61,471 nucleotides of DNA. Source: a virus. Taxonomy: Duplodnaviria; Caudoviricetes. The stretch spans positions 1 through 61,471 of IMG/VR virus record IMGVR_UViG_3300036987_000148, one strand, 5' to 3'. Under the pieces are notes generated by a model, which had not been told where the DNA came from, did not search any database, and was given only the letters and a program-made list of their open reading frames with translations. Numbering within the stretch: the first letter of the stretch is position 1; each line of letters opens with the position of its first letter. The translations under genes were made by a program, and so were the position numbers. Shown here in pieces: positions 50,101 to 59,502 of the stretch.

Positions 50101-51618
50101 AACCAGGGCTTCTTCGTCAAACGGATTGAAGGGATTATCCGGATCTGGTATTGCTTTTTTGTTTTCACAAATGTTGACTGCTACCTGAAGCATCATCTTG
50201 ATCATCGCCAAACCTGCAAGAAGCGCGGCTAATTCCAATCCCTTGATCAACCCCTTTTTGAAATTTGCCTGGGGATCAACAGTAAATAATCTCTTGAATC
50301 TTGGGAAAGTCGGAGGTTTGGGTGGTTTTGTCACAAAATCGACTATAGTTGCAACGTCTTCAACTACTGCTTCAATCTCTGCTTCTGTCCTGGCTTTGAT
50401 TTCCTCGATCTTCTTGATATAGAGTCTTTCTTCAAGACAAGCAATCAACTCGTTCAGGGTTGGTTGTATGTCAAATTTGTTGAAAAACTTATCATACATG
50501 GCACTCAAAGAATTTAAATTATCTACCATGACGCTTGCATCTTGAACGAATCCAGAATCAACAGATATCAGAGAATTATCATTGAGACTCTGAAGATTCA
50601 GAAGGGTACTGTTGGCGATGTCGGAATTTAGATTTTGCAGTTTTTCGTTTGCCGAATAAACTGGCTTCTGAAAATCATTGAGAGATTCTTCCAATTTGTA
50701 TTTCCCGACAGCCTTATAAAGTTCGGGAGTTTTACTGAGATTACGGATTGAGTCTCCGGATAGATGCTTTGGTTTAATAACCGGAGGGGGATCTGTAAAC
50801 TTGCTTATGAAATCGATTAATTCCGGCTTTGATTCACTCTCTTCAAATTTGTATTCCTGAATCTTTTCCCGCTGAATCAGATAATTGATAGTTCTCTTGG
50901 AGTCTACCCAATTTAATTTCTTGAATCTGGCAAACGTCCTGAAAAGATCAATTGCGTTCTTTTCAGAATCAACATTTTCCGGAGTAAGCGTAACGTAGCA
51001 GACCTTATATTTTTCTGTGATTCCAATGGTTATCAGATAATTTTCTTCTGACAGATCGATTCCGTTGTCAACCGCAAGAGTCTTGAGAGAATCCCGGAAG
51101 TTTAGAATCTTTCTTGCTTCTTCATCGAAATTCAGAACGTTGATATCTCCAGAGAAGGAAACCAATTCTGACTGATACGATTCCAGTTTCTTTGCTAAAT
51201 TCTCTAGGTTCTCGGCATAAGTCTCAGAACTTAGTTCAACCTTAAAATTCTCAAGTTGTTTTGCGTTTTCATAGTGAGAGTTGATTAATAAAGGAAAACG
51301 TTCATCTTTGTTTGATTCGCGAAGAATTGCTCGCTTCTCGACAGAAACAAAATGTCGAATTCGTGAAAACATAACATCGGGAACAAAGAAATCATAGGTG
51401 ATTGCTTCTCCTTCCGCATTGATGATATCTTCTATTTCCGTTGAATCTGAATTTCTTCCTTCGTTTTCCAACATCAACTTAATGGACTGCCGGATTCTGT
51501 CAGTTTTTTTACTTTCGATATCCTGAGTTGTTGTTCCGTCGCAAATTAGGGAATTAATTCTTCCCCCTTCGTGCCAAACTTCCTGATTCTTTCTCTCTGT
51601 CCAATGAATGTTAACCAT
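47170..51618 (-). CDS. Large helical hypothetical protein in the baseplate module
   Basis: 1482 aa, between the spike-like gene and gp25. Confidence 0.55.
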   Translation of the reverse strand: MVNIHWTERKNQEVWHEGGRINSLICDGTTTQDIESKKTDRIRQSIKLMLENEGRNSDSTEIEDIINAEGEAITYDFFVPDVMFSRIRHFVSVEKRAILRESNKDERFPLLINSHYENAKQLENFKVELSSETYAENLENLAKKLESYQSELVSFSGDINVLNFDEEARKILNFRDSLKTLAVDNGIDLSEENYLITIGITEKYKVCYVTLTPENVDSEKNAIDLFRTFARFKKLNWVDSKRTINYLIQREKIQEYKFEESESKPELIDFISKFTDPPPVIKPKHLSGDSIRNLSKTPELYKAVGKYKLEESLNDFQKPVYSANEKLQNLNSDIANSTLLNLQSLNDNSLISVDSGFVQDASVMVDNLNSLSAMYDKFFNKFDIQPTLNELIACLEERLYIKKIEEIKARTEAEIEAVVEDVATIVDFVTKPPKPPTFPRFKRLFTVDPQANFKKGLIKGLELAALLAGLAMIKMMLQVAVNICENKKAIPDPDNPFNPFDEEALVELGNRFGAGILKDLQDVLPDISAVLSPYELCSLLEKQASDDVLDLVETLIRTGNYSELQKLELREEIENLFSEIGRTLGVNFCEDLLSGDSDVSLDGLCDNSSAEEFEKIRTKLLQLRDPCMTPEQLGRQKELIQEALAVHYEELLKLSKDPSSIFDRINPCDSELGGIEPTDSMKFAAEKTVNVLFEATNMSFNEDIESIRSSFFVEKIQEGGRGTTNEVLPEVKSALQKFEKQIEKAEFSDLEYVRSLQYDYPISDALAELDRVNEKIKGINIEEDPETAQQLQEFQQFTADINIQEELDDLKRKEKQSINLIFPKSLEQGGIDIVYDSTLPSNIKYATLAGKESSFAEDYFVDFIINLHKTTFGKNIDFSEIKPLYREAYLQIVKKILQDQSNSIRNSELIQGENINKLRLVPSYNQNERTARCQVSKRPEIDLLGIDNAKEIILGSLKNLMCPGRPVIVNEKGERISQNDLEEKSIDAVVTTLLRVYLVEFFMKSIFVWESIDFTNPLKEKDTKLLKILAKSIARDLRVNYSIDADYYAAIYEKLVDLHNRLVESGFLESSLINEKDEDEYRVFVPLLTKEWQDVKSDFIKIAQKAGFTDGTESDMRVTQAEEYFASHVNVIDFIDGEPRYLQSNRAKINEEVVKPSDSNLVIEQRVYVEFEAEREKKLYSFSEFDLFLAQNRYTNPDIKRVSFFVKLLIIPSGKHMFSKEGTGWINSVDPLLLKENKLNGSFVVDELRADKGIVQFLNVPVLEIEEKVEFENVFDLWSKVSDVLKDRNNKGRELRSKLFKQPVFNLWFLECFPISVFNSYLSLICSDLVDIYQGTDNSLSATKTQLKRAFNSLKSVGNPNYSDSDIEALGGNVGLAEFAKGESGSFAKIFAKIIKEAPIHILKAIVKLTDLNINLSMKIQEKLKAKGINKSLSFIATKLNFAIPLTPFGWIYLGLHKDDKKEEEDPFISEECAELAEEEIE

Positions 51619-52544
51619 TAATTTGTCCTATTCACTCTCGAATTGATATAAATGGAACCATGCGGTCTTAAATAGGTCTGTTGTAGCATAGTCAAATTGA
51701 CCTTGTGACTAATCAAAGAAACCTTTGCGTTTGACAAATGATCCAGCATACATTTGATTCCTGCGGCTTGAACCGTTGGGGAAGTTGTTGTTGGAAGCGC
51801 AAAAAACGGACTATGATGAAAATGATTCGTTAAAGCCTCGTTCAGATTAATCTGAGCCATCAGAATAGAATCAACGATTCCGTTCAAATTATCAATATTA
51901 TCAATGATTTCAACGAGAGCATCTTCGAGATTTTTCCCTTTGACCATGGGTTGCAGGTCTTCATCGTTATTTCCCGCTATCAAATCAATACCGAAGGTCT
52001 TGTTGTTTTTTCCACCCTGAGAGTTCTTCTTATCAACTCCGGTGATTATCTTGATTCCTTCTCTCGCAACCAACCTGATTCCGTCTGCTTTGATGGCAAC
52101 GGCAGAACGAGCGGTAGCGTTTCCTACATTTCCCTCTGCCAGTTTGAAATAATCATCAACATCGCTCTTTTGACTGATAAAGACCCTGGCAGCGTCCAAT
52201 GTGAAATCCGGATTGGCATACAGTTTTTCTCCGTTTTCGTCAACCTCTTCAATGAATGTGGATAAACCTCCAACAACAATATCAATTGAATCTGCCCCGG
52301 TATCGCCTTTTCCACCATAACCGCTATAAGGGTGAGAAGGGCGATCCCTGCCAACAACAATTCTTGTTCTAGAATTTGAATTCCGGAAAACCTTTTCATT
52401 TGTCAATTCCAGAAATTCCGGATTCTTCTCGATTAATACAGTTCCTCCAATTCCACTGGCTTGAACTGCCAACTCCTTCGGAGCATCACTTTTTTGTGAT
52501 TCGAACGCAATCGCTTTCTTGTTTCTTGATGGTTTTGTTGACAC
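51618..52544 (-). CDS. Putative baseplate hub/spike-related protein
   Basis: Beta-strand-like IAIKADGIRLVAREGIKI segment, QPMVKG..L and an HFH motif; lies downstream of the tail amidase. Confidence 0.45.
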   Translation of the reverse strand: MSTKPSRNKKAIAFESQKSDAPKELAVQASGIGGTVLIEKNPEFLELTNEKVFRNSNSRTRIVVGRDRPSHPYSGYGGKGDTGADSIDIVVGGLSTFIEEVDENGEKLYANPDFTLDAARVFISQKSDVDDYFKLAEGNVGNATARSAVAIKADGIRLVAREGIKIITGVDKKNSQGGKNNKTFGIDLIAGNNDEDLQPMVKGKNLEDALVEIIDNIDNLNGIVDSILMAQINLNEALTNHFHHSPFFALPTTTSPTVQAAGIKCMLDHLSNAKVSLISHKVNLTMLQQTYLRPHGSIYINSRVNRTN

Positions 52545-53911
52545 TATGCCATATCTCCCAAACGACTAACGCAAGAATCCGAAGGTTTCTCTGCTTCTTC
52601 CGAAGGAGTTGAAACCGGAACAATCGTTCTTTCAGAAACAAAGGTTGTTTCTGGTACCATTATTTGAAACTGCTTCCCTTTAAGAATTTCATCCTTGAGG
52701 GTCGCCCAAAGTCGTCCGGAAGACTTTGCATCATATTCTCTAGGGGAATAGGGGTCAGGCTTTCCGGATGTCGTTAAATGCCTGTGTGCGAAGACTCCCG
52801 CCAAATCAAAATAAGGTTGAAATTCTTCATTTGGAGCGTCCTTTGAGACATTTGAAATTAATTTGTAATCTTCGATATTAAAAGGAATGTCAAACATACT
52901 CGTCAAAAACAGAATTAAATCAACGGTATTCCGAATTTGAACGTCTGTCATTTTGGGAGATGGACCCGACATATCGATTCCAATTGAATCCGAGTTGAAT
53001 TTTCCTGCGTGCCAAGTCATATAAAGAGCAGGATCGATATATTGAACAACCAGACCTTCTTTATCAATCTCAAAATGAGTGCCCAATCTTCTCTGTTTCA
53101 GAATATTGTATGTCTCTTGCCAAGTCCCCTTGCTTCCTGCTGAATGGTGAACTATGATTTTTTTGATCTTATCTTTTCTGTTCTGAAAACCGAAATCTCT
53201 CATCGCATTTTCTATCTCATTGCGAGTAGGGAAGGGAACCTTTGTTTCGTTTCCGGAAATTCGCAGGACATACTCAGATCGATAATTCTTCTCGTTGAAT
53301 AATGCGCTCTTGTAAACAAAATCCGCAGAAGACGGGAAATCCTTTATATCTTTGACGCAACCAGAAAAAGGACTCTTGGTTGGACTCGAATAAACAGTAC
53401 CACCTTCGGCGTGTCCAACATCATTAACTGGACCTAAATAAATCGGATCTGTTTGAGTCTCAATCTGTCCGAAAGTAACCCAAATCAAATCTCCTACTGC
53501 CGGTTTCGGAAGATTATTGTTTTGCGCGATAAAGGTTGGGTAAAGTTCAATTATGCTTTGATGAGTTCCTTCCCGAGAGCCGTATTCATTTGGGTCAGGC
53601 AGACAGGCGTGCAATTCAGGAATTCTAGCCTTGAGTTGTACAAAACTATTGCCGGTAAACAACGATATCGCCCTGGCAAGAAAACCGGCGTTAATGGGCA
53701 AAAAGGTAGAAGAAGGTTCAACCCTCAAAACAACAGCACGAAATTGTGTACCTGAACCCTCGAAGATATTCTTCTCATATCCAGTTCTTGCCATTGAAGA
53801 TAGAGCATCAACGGGGGAAAGATCCCTTGCTTTATTTTCCCTTTGAAGATCATAAGGTCTTTCCTCAAAAGGATTCAAATCCCCAAAACCATAATATGTT
53901 TTTCCCGACAT
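52544..53911 (-). CDS. Tail-associated N-acetylmuramoyl-L-alanine amidase with gp5-like OB-fold N-terminus
   Basis: KARIPELH..P.VGDLIWVTF (OB-fold-like); Amidase_2 motifs IIVHHS, HFEIDKEG, WHAG..N..SIGID, AHRH..KPDP. Confidence 0.8.
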   Translation of the reverse strand: MSGKTYYGFGDLNPFEERPYDLQRENKARDLSPVDALSSMARTGYEKNIFEGSGTQFRAVVLRVEPSSTFLPINAGFLARAISLFTGNSFVQLKARIPELHACLPDPNEYGSREGTHQSIIELYPTFIAQNNNLPKPAVGDLIWVTFGQIETQTDPIYLGPVNDVGHAEGGTVYSSPTKSPFSGCVKDIKDFPSSADFVYKSALFNEKNYRSEYVLRISGNETKVPFPTRNEIENAMRDFGFQNRKDKIKKIIVHHSAGSKGTWQETYNILKQRRLGTHFEIDKEGLVVQYIDPALYMTWHAGKFNSDSIGIDMSGPSPKMTDVQIRNTVDLILFLTSMFDIPFNIEDYKLISNVSKDAPNEEFQPYFDLAGVFAHRHLTTSGKPDPYSPREYDAKSSGRLWATLKDEILKGKQFQIMVPETTFVSERTIVPVSTPSEEAEKPSDSCVSRLGDMA

Positions 53912-53913
53912 AA

Positions 53914-54288
53914 TTACTTGTTTTTGGAACCAACCTTCTTTTCTTCGGAAAGAGACTTCGTGTTCTCTTCCAGGATCGTATCAATTTCTTCGCTAATATC
54001 AGAAGATTCTTCCAATTCTATTTTCCTGGATATGATTGCGGTTATCTTTACCAGTTGTTCGTTTGACCGCTGCATTGTTTCAATATATTTTGCGGCAACA
54101 GAATGAACCCATTCCTGAGTTTTATTCGCCGGTAAGACTCCACCCTCTAGTTCTTTCAGAAATTTGTAAGCAATGTGCCGATCCAGATAAATATTCTCTA
54201 CCGACTTTTCAATAAAATCTGCTAGTTTCTCGGAGTATTTTGTTCCAGAATTGGAATAACTTGAATTTTTTTTAGGCGTATTCCCCAT
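53914..54288 (-). CDS. Conserved hypothetical protein
   Basis: AKYIETMQRSNEQLVKI; likely start at 54288 after a GAGG SD. Confidence 0.55.
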   Translation of the reverse strand: MGNTPKKNSSYSNSGTKYSEKLADFIEKSVENIYLDRHIAYKFLKELEGGVLPANKTQEWVHSVAAKYIETMQRSNEQLVKITAIISRKIELEESSDISEEIDTILEENTKSLSEEKKVGSKNK

Positions 54289-55009
54289 GTGTGATATCCT
54301 CTCGTTTCCAAGATAAATATCTCTCACGGAGTTTATTCAATGATTGAATTATCTGTTTAGTTGATAATCCTGTAATTTCACGGATATAAAGGTAAACAGC
54401 CTTCTTGTTGAAGATAGAAATTTGATCGCTGGACTCAAAGAGAATTCGAATTGCTTCATAAACCTTCTTTTCTGTCGGTTTCATTGGCAGATCCTCCCAG
54501 GAAACTAACATTTCCTCAAAAGCCGCCCACCATTCTTCCTTTTCCCTAATCGCAATATAGGGATTCGGAACAGAAAAATATTCAAACTCTATTGACTTGT
54601 GTTTGTACACATCATCAAAATTAACCTCTTTCTGACAACTGCGAGAATTCTTCTTGACCTTATGAATAAACCAATTCTTTGTGATTACACTGAAATAGGC
54701 AAATGCGGTATATCCCTTCTCTGGATTGAATTTTTCGATAACGGTCGTCAACCAAATCTTGCATTCCTCTCGAAGAGAATCGATATTCGGAATGCTGGTA
54801 AATTTGAAGGTATACACAATTTTGTCAACCATCTCGGAAAAGACCGGCTCTATCATCTTCTTGTAGAGTTCCGACCTTCTCTGATAGGAAGCAGAAGCGT
54901 ATTCAATTATTGCTTCTTCGTGTTCTTTTGTGAAATAATAGTTCTTCGGGGCATCTTTAGCACGAGGGGAAACTTTTCTTTGAGCATTCGCAGGCAATAT
55001 ATTCGACAT
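54272..55009 (-). CDS. Phage RNA polymerase sigma factor (gp55-like late sigma)
   Basis: YYFTKEHEEAIIEY; KFNPEKG..AFAYFSVITKNWFI (sigma region 2-like); C-terminal HTH YIREITGLSTKQI. Confidence 0.75.
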   Translation of the reverse strand: MSNILPANAQRKVSPRAKDAPKNYYFTKEHEEAIIEYASASYQRRSELYKKMIEPVFSEMVDKIVYTFKFTSIPNIDSLREECKIWLTTVIEKFNPEKGYTAFAYFSVITKNWFIHKVKKNSRSCQKEVNFDDVYKHKSIEFEYFSVPNPYIAIREKEEWWAAFEEMLVSWEDLPMKPTEKKVYEAIRILFESSDQISIFNKKAVYLYIREITGLSTKQIIQSLNKLRERYLSWKREDITHGEYA

Positions 55010-55011
55010 GA

Positions 55012-55485
55012 TTAATCATTTTCTTCTTCTTTATCGACAACAGCCGCAGTTACAATATAAGGACTCAGCATTTTTTCTACTGCCTCTAGTGAATCGCGGT
55101 GTTCTCTGGTGTGCATCATCAGATTGTTCAAAACCGGATCATCAGAATATAGTTCTTTTTCCAGGACAGAATTCATATGTTCATGAAGAAGGTCGGCGTT
55201 CTTAAATGCGATCACAATTGCCGGATTAAGTTCTGAAAAGAATCCGTCCATTTTATCCATCAATTGAGAAAGTTTTTCATTAAGATCGTCAATTGCTTCA
55301 TCCTTTAATTTTGAATCTGCTTCTTGAACTTTGTTTTTTTCTTCCAGTTGTTGTGTTCTTTCTTCTTCATACGTCAAAAGTCCTTGAAGAATTTTTCCCT
55401 TCTTCGCCGTATAGAAATTCAGAAGAACCAAACCCAAACAAAGAAAACTCAAACTAATCGCAAATGTCAAGCCAAAATCTATCAT
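55012..55485 (-). CDS. Membrane-anchored coiled-coil protein
   Basis: N-terminal TM segment; ELYSDDPVL..LM.H motif. Confidence 0.55.
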   Translation of the reverse strand: MIDFGLTFAISLSFLCLGLVLLNFYTAKKGKILQGLLTYEEERTQQLEEKNKVQEADSKLKDEAIDDLNEKLSQLMDKMDGFFSELNPAIVIAFKNADLLHEHMNSVLEKELYSDDPVLNNLMMHTREHRDSLEAVEKMLSPYIVTAAVVDKEEEND

Positions 55486-55739
55486 TTTTTTCCAAACTCT
55501 TTCTCAATCTGCCCATATTCCTGAGCGATTGATTCATTAATCCTCTTGTGATCTTCTATCGACTTCTTCACAACATTTCCCTTTGAACTGTTCTCTTTAA
55601 CCATTGACACAAACTCCGGAATTCTCTTTATGATCGATTCAGACTGGCAATGCGGACATCGCTCTGATTTATCTCCGATTTTGAGATTGACTTCGAATTG
55701 AATTTGACAGTTGTTGCAAAAATATTGATAGTTTGGCAT
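55482..55739 (-). CDS. FmdB-family zinc-ribbon protein
   Basis: MPNYQYFCNNC...FE...CPHCQS. Confidence 0.85.
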   Translation of the reverse strand: MPNYQYFCNNCQIQFEVNLKIGDKSERCPHCQSESIIKRIPEFVSMVKENSSKGNVVKKSIEDHKRINESIAQEYGQIEKEFGKK

Positions 55740-55747
55740 ATTCTGAA

Positions 55748-55993
55748 CTACAGAACGATATCTTCTGCGATTCTTTCTGCTTCTTCTTTCGAAATCTCTG
55801 TCTCTTTTTCTTCAGCGACAACCGAAATAACCGGAGGATTCAGAACCATCAATTTTGCATCTTGATCGGAGGTAATCGCAAATTGCAGTTCTGCGAATAG
55901 TTCCCGAATGTCAGTCTCTTCCATGATTGCTTTTTGGAAGCACAACAACAGCGAGGCAACTGCTTGATCATCTAGTGAATAAGTTTTAACCAT
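55748..55993 (-). CDS. Conserved small hypothetical protein
   Basis: LDDQAVASLLLCFQKAIMEETDI..L.VLNPP; GGAG SD upstream. Confidence 0.55.
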   Translation of the reverse strand: MVKTYSLDDQAVASLLLCFQKAIMEETDIRELFAELQFAITSDQDAKLMVLNPPVISVVAEEKETEISKEEAERIAEDIVL

Positions 55994-56876
55994 TTTTTGT
56001 CTCCTTAGACATTTTTTCGACCATCTCTCCGACAGTCGGATTATTCAGAATTTCATTTAGTGGCTTCTGACTGCACAAGGTTCGATCTACCTTTGAACCA
56101 AACTCAATAGGTTCTATAGATAATTGTAGTTCATAACAAGAGTTAAGTAAACATAACAGTTCATATTTCGTCACAGAATCGCTAGCGGTAACATGAAAGG
56201 TATCTTCCGAATAAAGGTCTTCCTTTACGATTTGAATCAGATTTTCGGCAAGTTGATTCGTAGTGACTCCGTTCCAGAAATGATTTGTGAACCCCTTTAC
56301 TTCTTTTCCTTTTTGACTCTTTACCCAGGCAACTAAACTTGAATGATTCGCAATCTCTTCTCCAATGATACTGGTTCGGATTACCATACAATTTCCAGGT
56401 TCTCCGACTGATTTGGTTTTTCCGTAAAGGTCTTCCGGATCATGAATTGAAAATTCATCATAACTGCCTGTTTTTCCAGAGAAACAACAATCTGTCGTTA
56501 TATGGACCAACTTAACTCCATATTCTTTGCAAACGTCAGCAAGTTGATAGGGAAAAACACCATTGATGTAAACAGTCAAAGCGGGATTTTTGAGAGAATG
56601 AGGTTTAATCATTCCGATACAATTAATGATATAATCAGGCTGAACCTCTTCAATATATTCGCGAAGGTCTGTCCAGAAAGAGAATTTATCTCCATTATTC
56701 AAATCTTCAATTTTAATCTCAAACCAAAGTCTCAAAAATAATTGATCTTCAATTGAGAAACCAGAAGAAGTCTTCCGAATTGTTCCTTCTGTAAAGAAGT
56801 CTTCCAATTTCCGCATTTTCTTAAACACTATGTTTCCGAGCATTCCACCCGCACCCAAAATCAAAACTTTCTTCAT
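55986..56876 (-). CDS. rmlD: dTDP-4-dehydrorhamnose reductase (extended SDR)
   Basis: ILGAGGMLG, PDYIINCIG, HITTDCCFSG, YGKTKSVGE, RTSIIG; start at 56876 by ATGA overlap. Confidence 0.88.
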   Translation of the reverse strand: MKKVLILGAGGMLGNIVFKKMRKLEDFFTEGTIRKTSSGFSIEDQLFLRLWFEIKIEDLNNGDKFSFWTDLREYIEEVQPDYIINCIGMIKPHSLKNPALTVYINGVFPYQLADVCKEYGVKLVHITTDCCFSGKTGSYDEFSIHDPEDLYGKTKSVGEPGNCMVIRTSIIGEEIANHSSLVAWVKSQKGKEVKGFTNHFWNGVTTNQLAENLIQIVKEDLYSEDTFHVTASDSVTKYELLCLLNSCYELQLSIEPIEFGSKVDRTLCSQKPLNEILNNPTVGEMVEKMSKETKNG

Positions 56877-57505
56877 CGTTGTTCTGCCTTCCAAAAATCA
56901 CAACCAAAGTAATCCCAATCAAATCGAATATCGTCCCCTTTGCTTTCTTCCAGGGTGGAAGTAGAAAAAAACATCAAAATGGTATCTTCGGTTAATGTCT
57001 TAAATCCATTTGCATATCCTGGAGGAATGTACAGAATTGAGGGTTTTTCCGAAGAAAGAACAAACTTCTCTGGATCTTCCAAAACAATGTCAGAGATTAT
57101 CTGCACAAAATTGGTAGTAGCAGCAGTTGTTGTGATTGTTGGAGAATCTGAATAATCCGGAACATGGGGAGGGTAAATTCCCCACCAACCTCCGGAAAAA
57201 GGAGTCGTCAAGAATGGCAATTTGTTTTTTCCCCCTTCCCAATACCACTTACAGTCAGAAGATTTTTGATTTACCGGAGTTTCTACAATCTTCGCGGCAG
57301 CAACAATTGCTGCTCCTTTTGCGACATAAACGTATTTACCTTCTTTTCTGTGACCGTGGAAGGCTCGACAAAAACCAGATTCATGATTTTCTACCTGATA
57401 AAAACGTTTAACGCCTTCGAAGGCAAAATCGTTGATAAATCTCAAGGTACCTCTGTCGTCTACTGCCAGATTTCCATCGATCTTCTTAACACTTTGTTCC
57501 ATCAT
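56873..57505 (-). CDS. RmlC/FdtA-like cupin sugar epimerase or isomerase with an internal insertion
   Basis: DDRG, KRFY, RAFHGH, LYIPPGYANGF, DD.RF. Confidence 0.8.
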   Translation of the reverse strand: MMEQSVKKIDGNLAVDDRGTLRFINDFAFEGVKRFYQVENHESGFCRAFHGHRKEGKYVYVAKGAAIVAAAKIVETPVNQKSSDCKWYWEGGKNKLPFLTTPFSGGWWGIYPPHVPDYSDSPTITTTAATTNFVQIISDIVLEDPEKFVLSSEKPSILYIPPGYANGFKTLTEDTILMFFSTSTLEESKGDDIRFDWDYFGCDFWKAEQR

Positions 57506-58035
57506 TCTTCCTTCCAAATATTCAAGAACCTGAAGTTTGAATCAAAAGATTCATAACCTCTTTCCGTCCTTTCAGTATATGTCAATTTTTGGATTTTGTT
57601 ATCTGCCAAACAATTTCGGTAATATTTTTCGAGAAGCAAACAACTTCTTATCAAAGATGTTTTTTTCTCCGGGAATTCCCCAAAGAATCTAATTTCTCCC
57701 CATTTTCGAATACAAGATTCAATATGTTCTTCAACAGAAAATACATACAAAAAAATAACCTCGACGTTGTTGATTTTTATATCATTTCGCAAAAAGCAAT
57801 CGCGGAGTTCATCAACGTTCTGATTATAGGCGTCCATCAAAAAATAGTCTCTTTTGTTTCCTTTTTGAATTTCTTCTATGTGTTCGCGAAACTTATCTTC
57901 CTTTATCTTCCTCTCGGAATAATCAAAAATCCTGTCAAATGTAACAAAATATGGAGATTTTTCCTGCTGCTTACAAAAGGTCGTTTTTCCAGCACAGGTT
58001 AAACCTGCAACAATCTTCAAACCCTTTTCAATCAT
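57502..58035 (-). CDS. P-loop (nucleotide/sugar) kinase-like protein
   Basis: IVAGLTCAGKTT, FLMDAY. Confidence 0.6.
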   Translation of the reverse strand: MIEKGLKIVAGLTCAGKTTFCKQQEKSPYFVTFDRIFDYSERKIKEDKFREHIEEIQKGNKRDYFLMDAYNQNVDELRDCFLRNDIKINNVEVIFLYVFSVEEHIESCIRKWGEIRFFGEFPEKKTSLIRSCLLLEKYYRNCLADNKIQKLTYTERTERGYESFDSNFRFLNIWKEE

Positions 58036-58645
58036 GATTTTCAAGTCCATAACCAATTACCAAACGCTTCTTAAAATCATTTCCTTGACGATGACTCTGA
58101 ATTTTTTGAATTTCCTTAAAATGAAATCGATTCGCAAAGACCGTCAAAAGATCGTATTGATCCTGGTTAATTTCAACAATCAATTTTTGACAAGACGAAA
58201 ATAATTTTTCCAGTGTTTTTTCTAACGCCTCTTGACCATGCTGAAAAAATACATGATGTAACATATTCAACGCCAAGATAATATCAACGTTCGATATCAA
58301 TCCCATATCCTTCCCTAAATTACAGTATTCAAATTTGCATTTTGAATTCCTCAGTTCTGCTATTTGACTCGAAACCTTAAGGGCTTTTGGATTGTTGTCA
58401 TAACCAACTATTGTTTCCGCTCCTTCTTCCTCGATCTTGAAGCAAAAATACCCATTGTAAGAGCCTACCTCACAAACATTCTTGTTTGCGAAATCTATTC
58501 CAAATAATTTAATGTTCTCCCAGGTTTTCTCGCTAACAGAATATCCACTAAATATGACTTTTCCTCCATATTCAATTGACTGATATTTCGGATCACCAGA
58601 AGTTGAGTTAACCAAGTCTAAGATTTGTTGCTCTGTTGTTTTCAT
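58028..58645 (-). CDS. Class I SAM-dependent methyltransferase (CmoB/DUF1698-like)
   Basis: YQSI, VCEVGSYNGYF, GYDNN, DIILALNMLHH. Confidence 0.8.
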   Translation of the reverse strand: MKTTEQQILDLVNSTSGDPKYQSIEYGGKVIFSGYSVSEKTWENIKLFGIDFANKNVCEVGSYNGYFCFKIEEEGAETIVGYDNNPKALKVSSQIAELRNSKCKFEYCNLGKDMGLISNVDIILALNMLHHVFFQHGQEALEKTLEKLFSSCQKLIVEINQDQYDLLTVFANRFHFKEIQKIQSHRQGNDFKKRLVIGYGLENHD

Positions 58646-58647
58646 AA

Positions 58648-59502
58648 TTAAAGTTTCCATTCTTTCTGATACAGTCGAATTCCCTCTTCCCAGGTTGTTC
58701 CCAAGAAAGATTCCGGAATTTCTCTATACAAATTAATCAATTTCTCTTTTTCTTTCGGATTTAAATCGTCTGAAATATCGAACCATTTTGGATATAACTC
58801 TTTGTCGATTTTCTTCACCGTTAAAGTAGATTCATCGAAGAGTCTGTTCAAAATTCTTCCCGTCTTTTTGTTCTTAAGATACATTCGATATCTTTCTTGA
58901 TATCTCTTTAAGATTTGTTGATCTGTCGAAAATCCCCGATGTATAAGAAAAAAATTACTACGACAAATCTTATTAATTCCGGAAGGAACACTTTGTTTAT
59001 GCAGTCCAGATTCCAAGGGAAATTTCAAACCTTTAGAATATTTCCAAAGACAACAAACCCCCTTCTCATTTAACCAATTGAATTTATTATCCAAACGATA
59101 ATATGTATCAGACCTCCAAAGATTCATATGACCAAAACTAATACCAGAACATCCAGTCTTATCTGCCTTCTCACAAATTTCAATTAAACCCTTTCTATCA
59201 TCAACAAGTCTTCCATCTAAAAGGGTATCTCCATCTAACCAAAAAATCCAATCACAACCTCCCTCAGAACCAATTAAACCCAACAATTCATTCTTACAAA
59301 CCAATTCCTCGTAAAATCTATTAGTGTCCGAATTAATCACTCTAAACTTTGAGTTTAACTTGTACTTTTCTCTACTTCCATCATTTGAATCTTGATCGAA
59401 CACATAAACTCTATCACATACAGAATTCATACACCGAATAAAATTATCCAAATTCTTGTTTTCTTCTTCGTTCCTAAGTTGAGCAAACCCAAATATTTTC
59501 AA
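58648..59502 (-). CDS. Glycosyltransferase family 2 (GT-A)
   Basis: RNEE, YVFDQDSNDGS, DWIFWLDGD, LH..SVP, HRGF. Confidence 0.82.
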   Translation of the reverse strand: MKIFGFAQLRNEEENKNLDNFIRCMNSVCDRVYVFDQDSNDGSREKYKLNSKFRVINSDTNRFYEELVCKNELLGLIGSEGGCDWIFWLDGDTLLDGRLVDDRKGLIEICEKADKTGCSGISFGHMNLWRSDTYYRLDNKFNWLNEKGVCCLWKYSKGLKFPLESGLHKQSVPSGINKICRSNFFLIHRGFSTDQQILKRYQERYRMYLKNKKTGRILNRLFDESTLTVKKIDKELYPKWFDISDDLNPKEKEKLINLYREIPESFLGTTWEEGIRLYQKEWKL

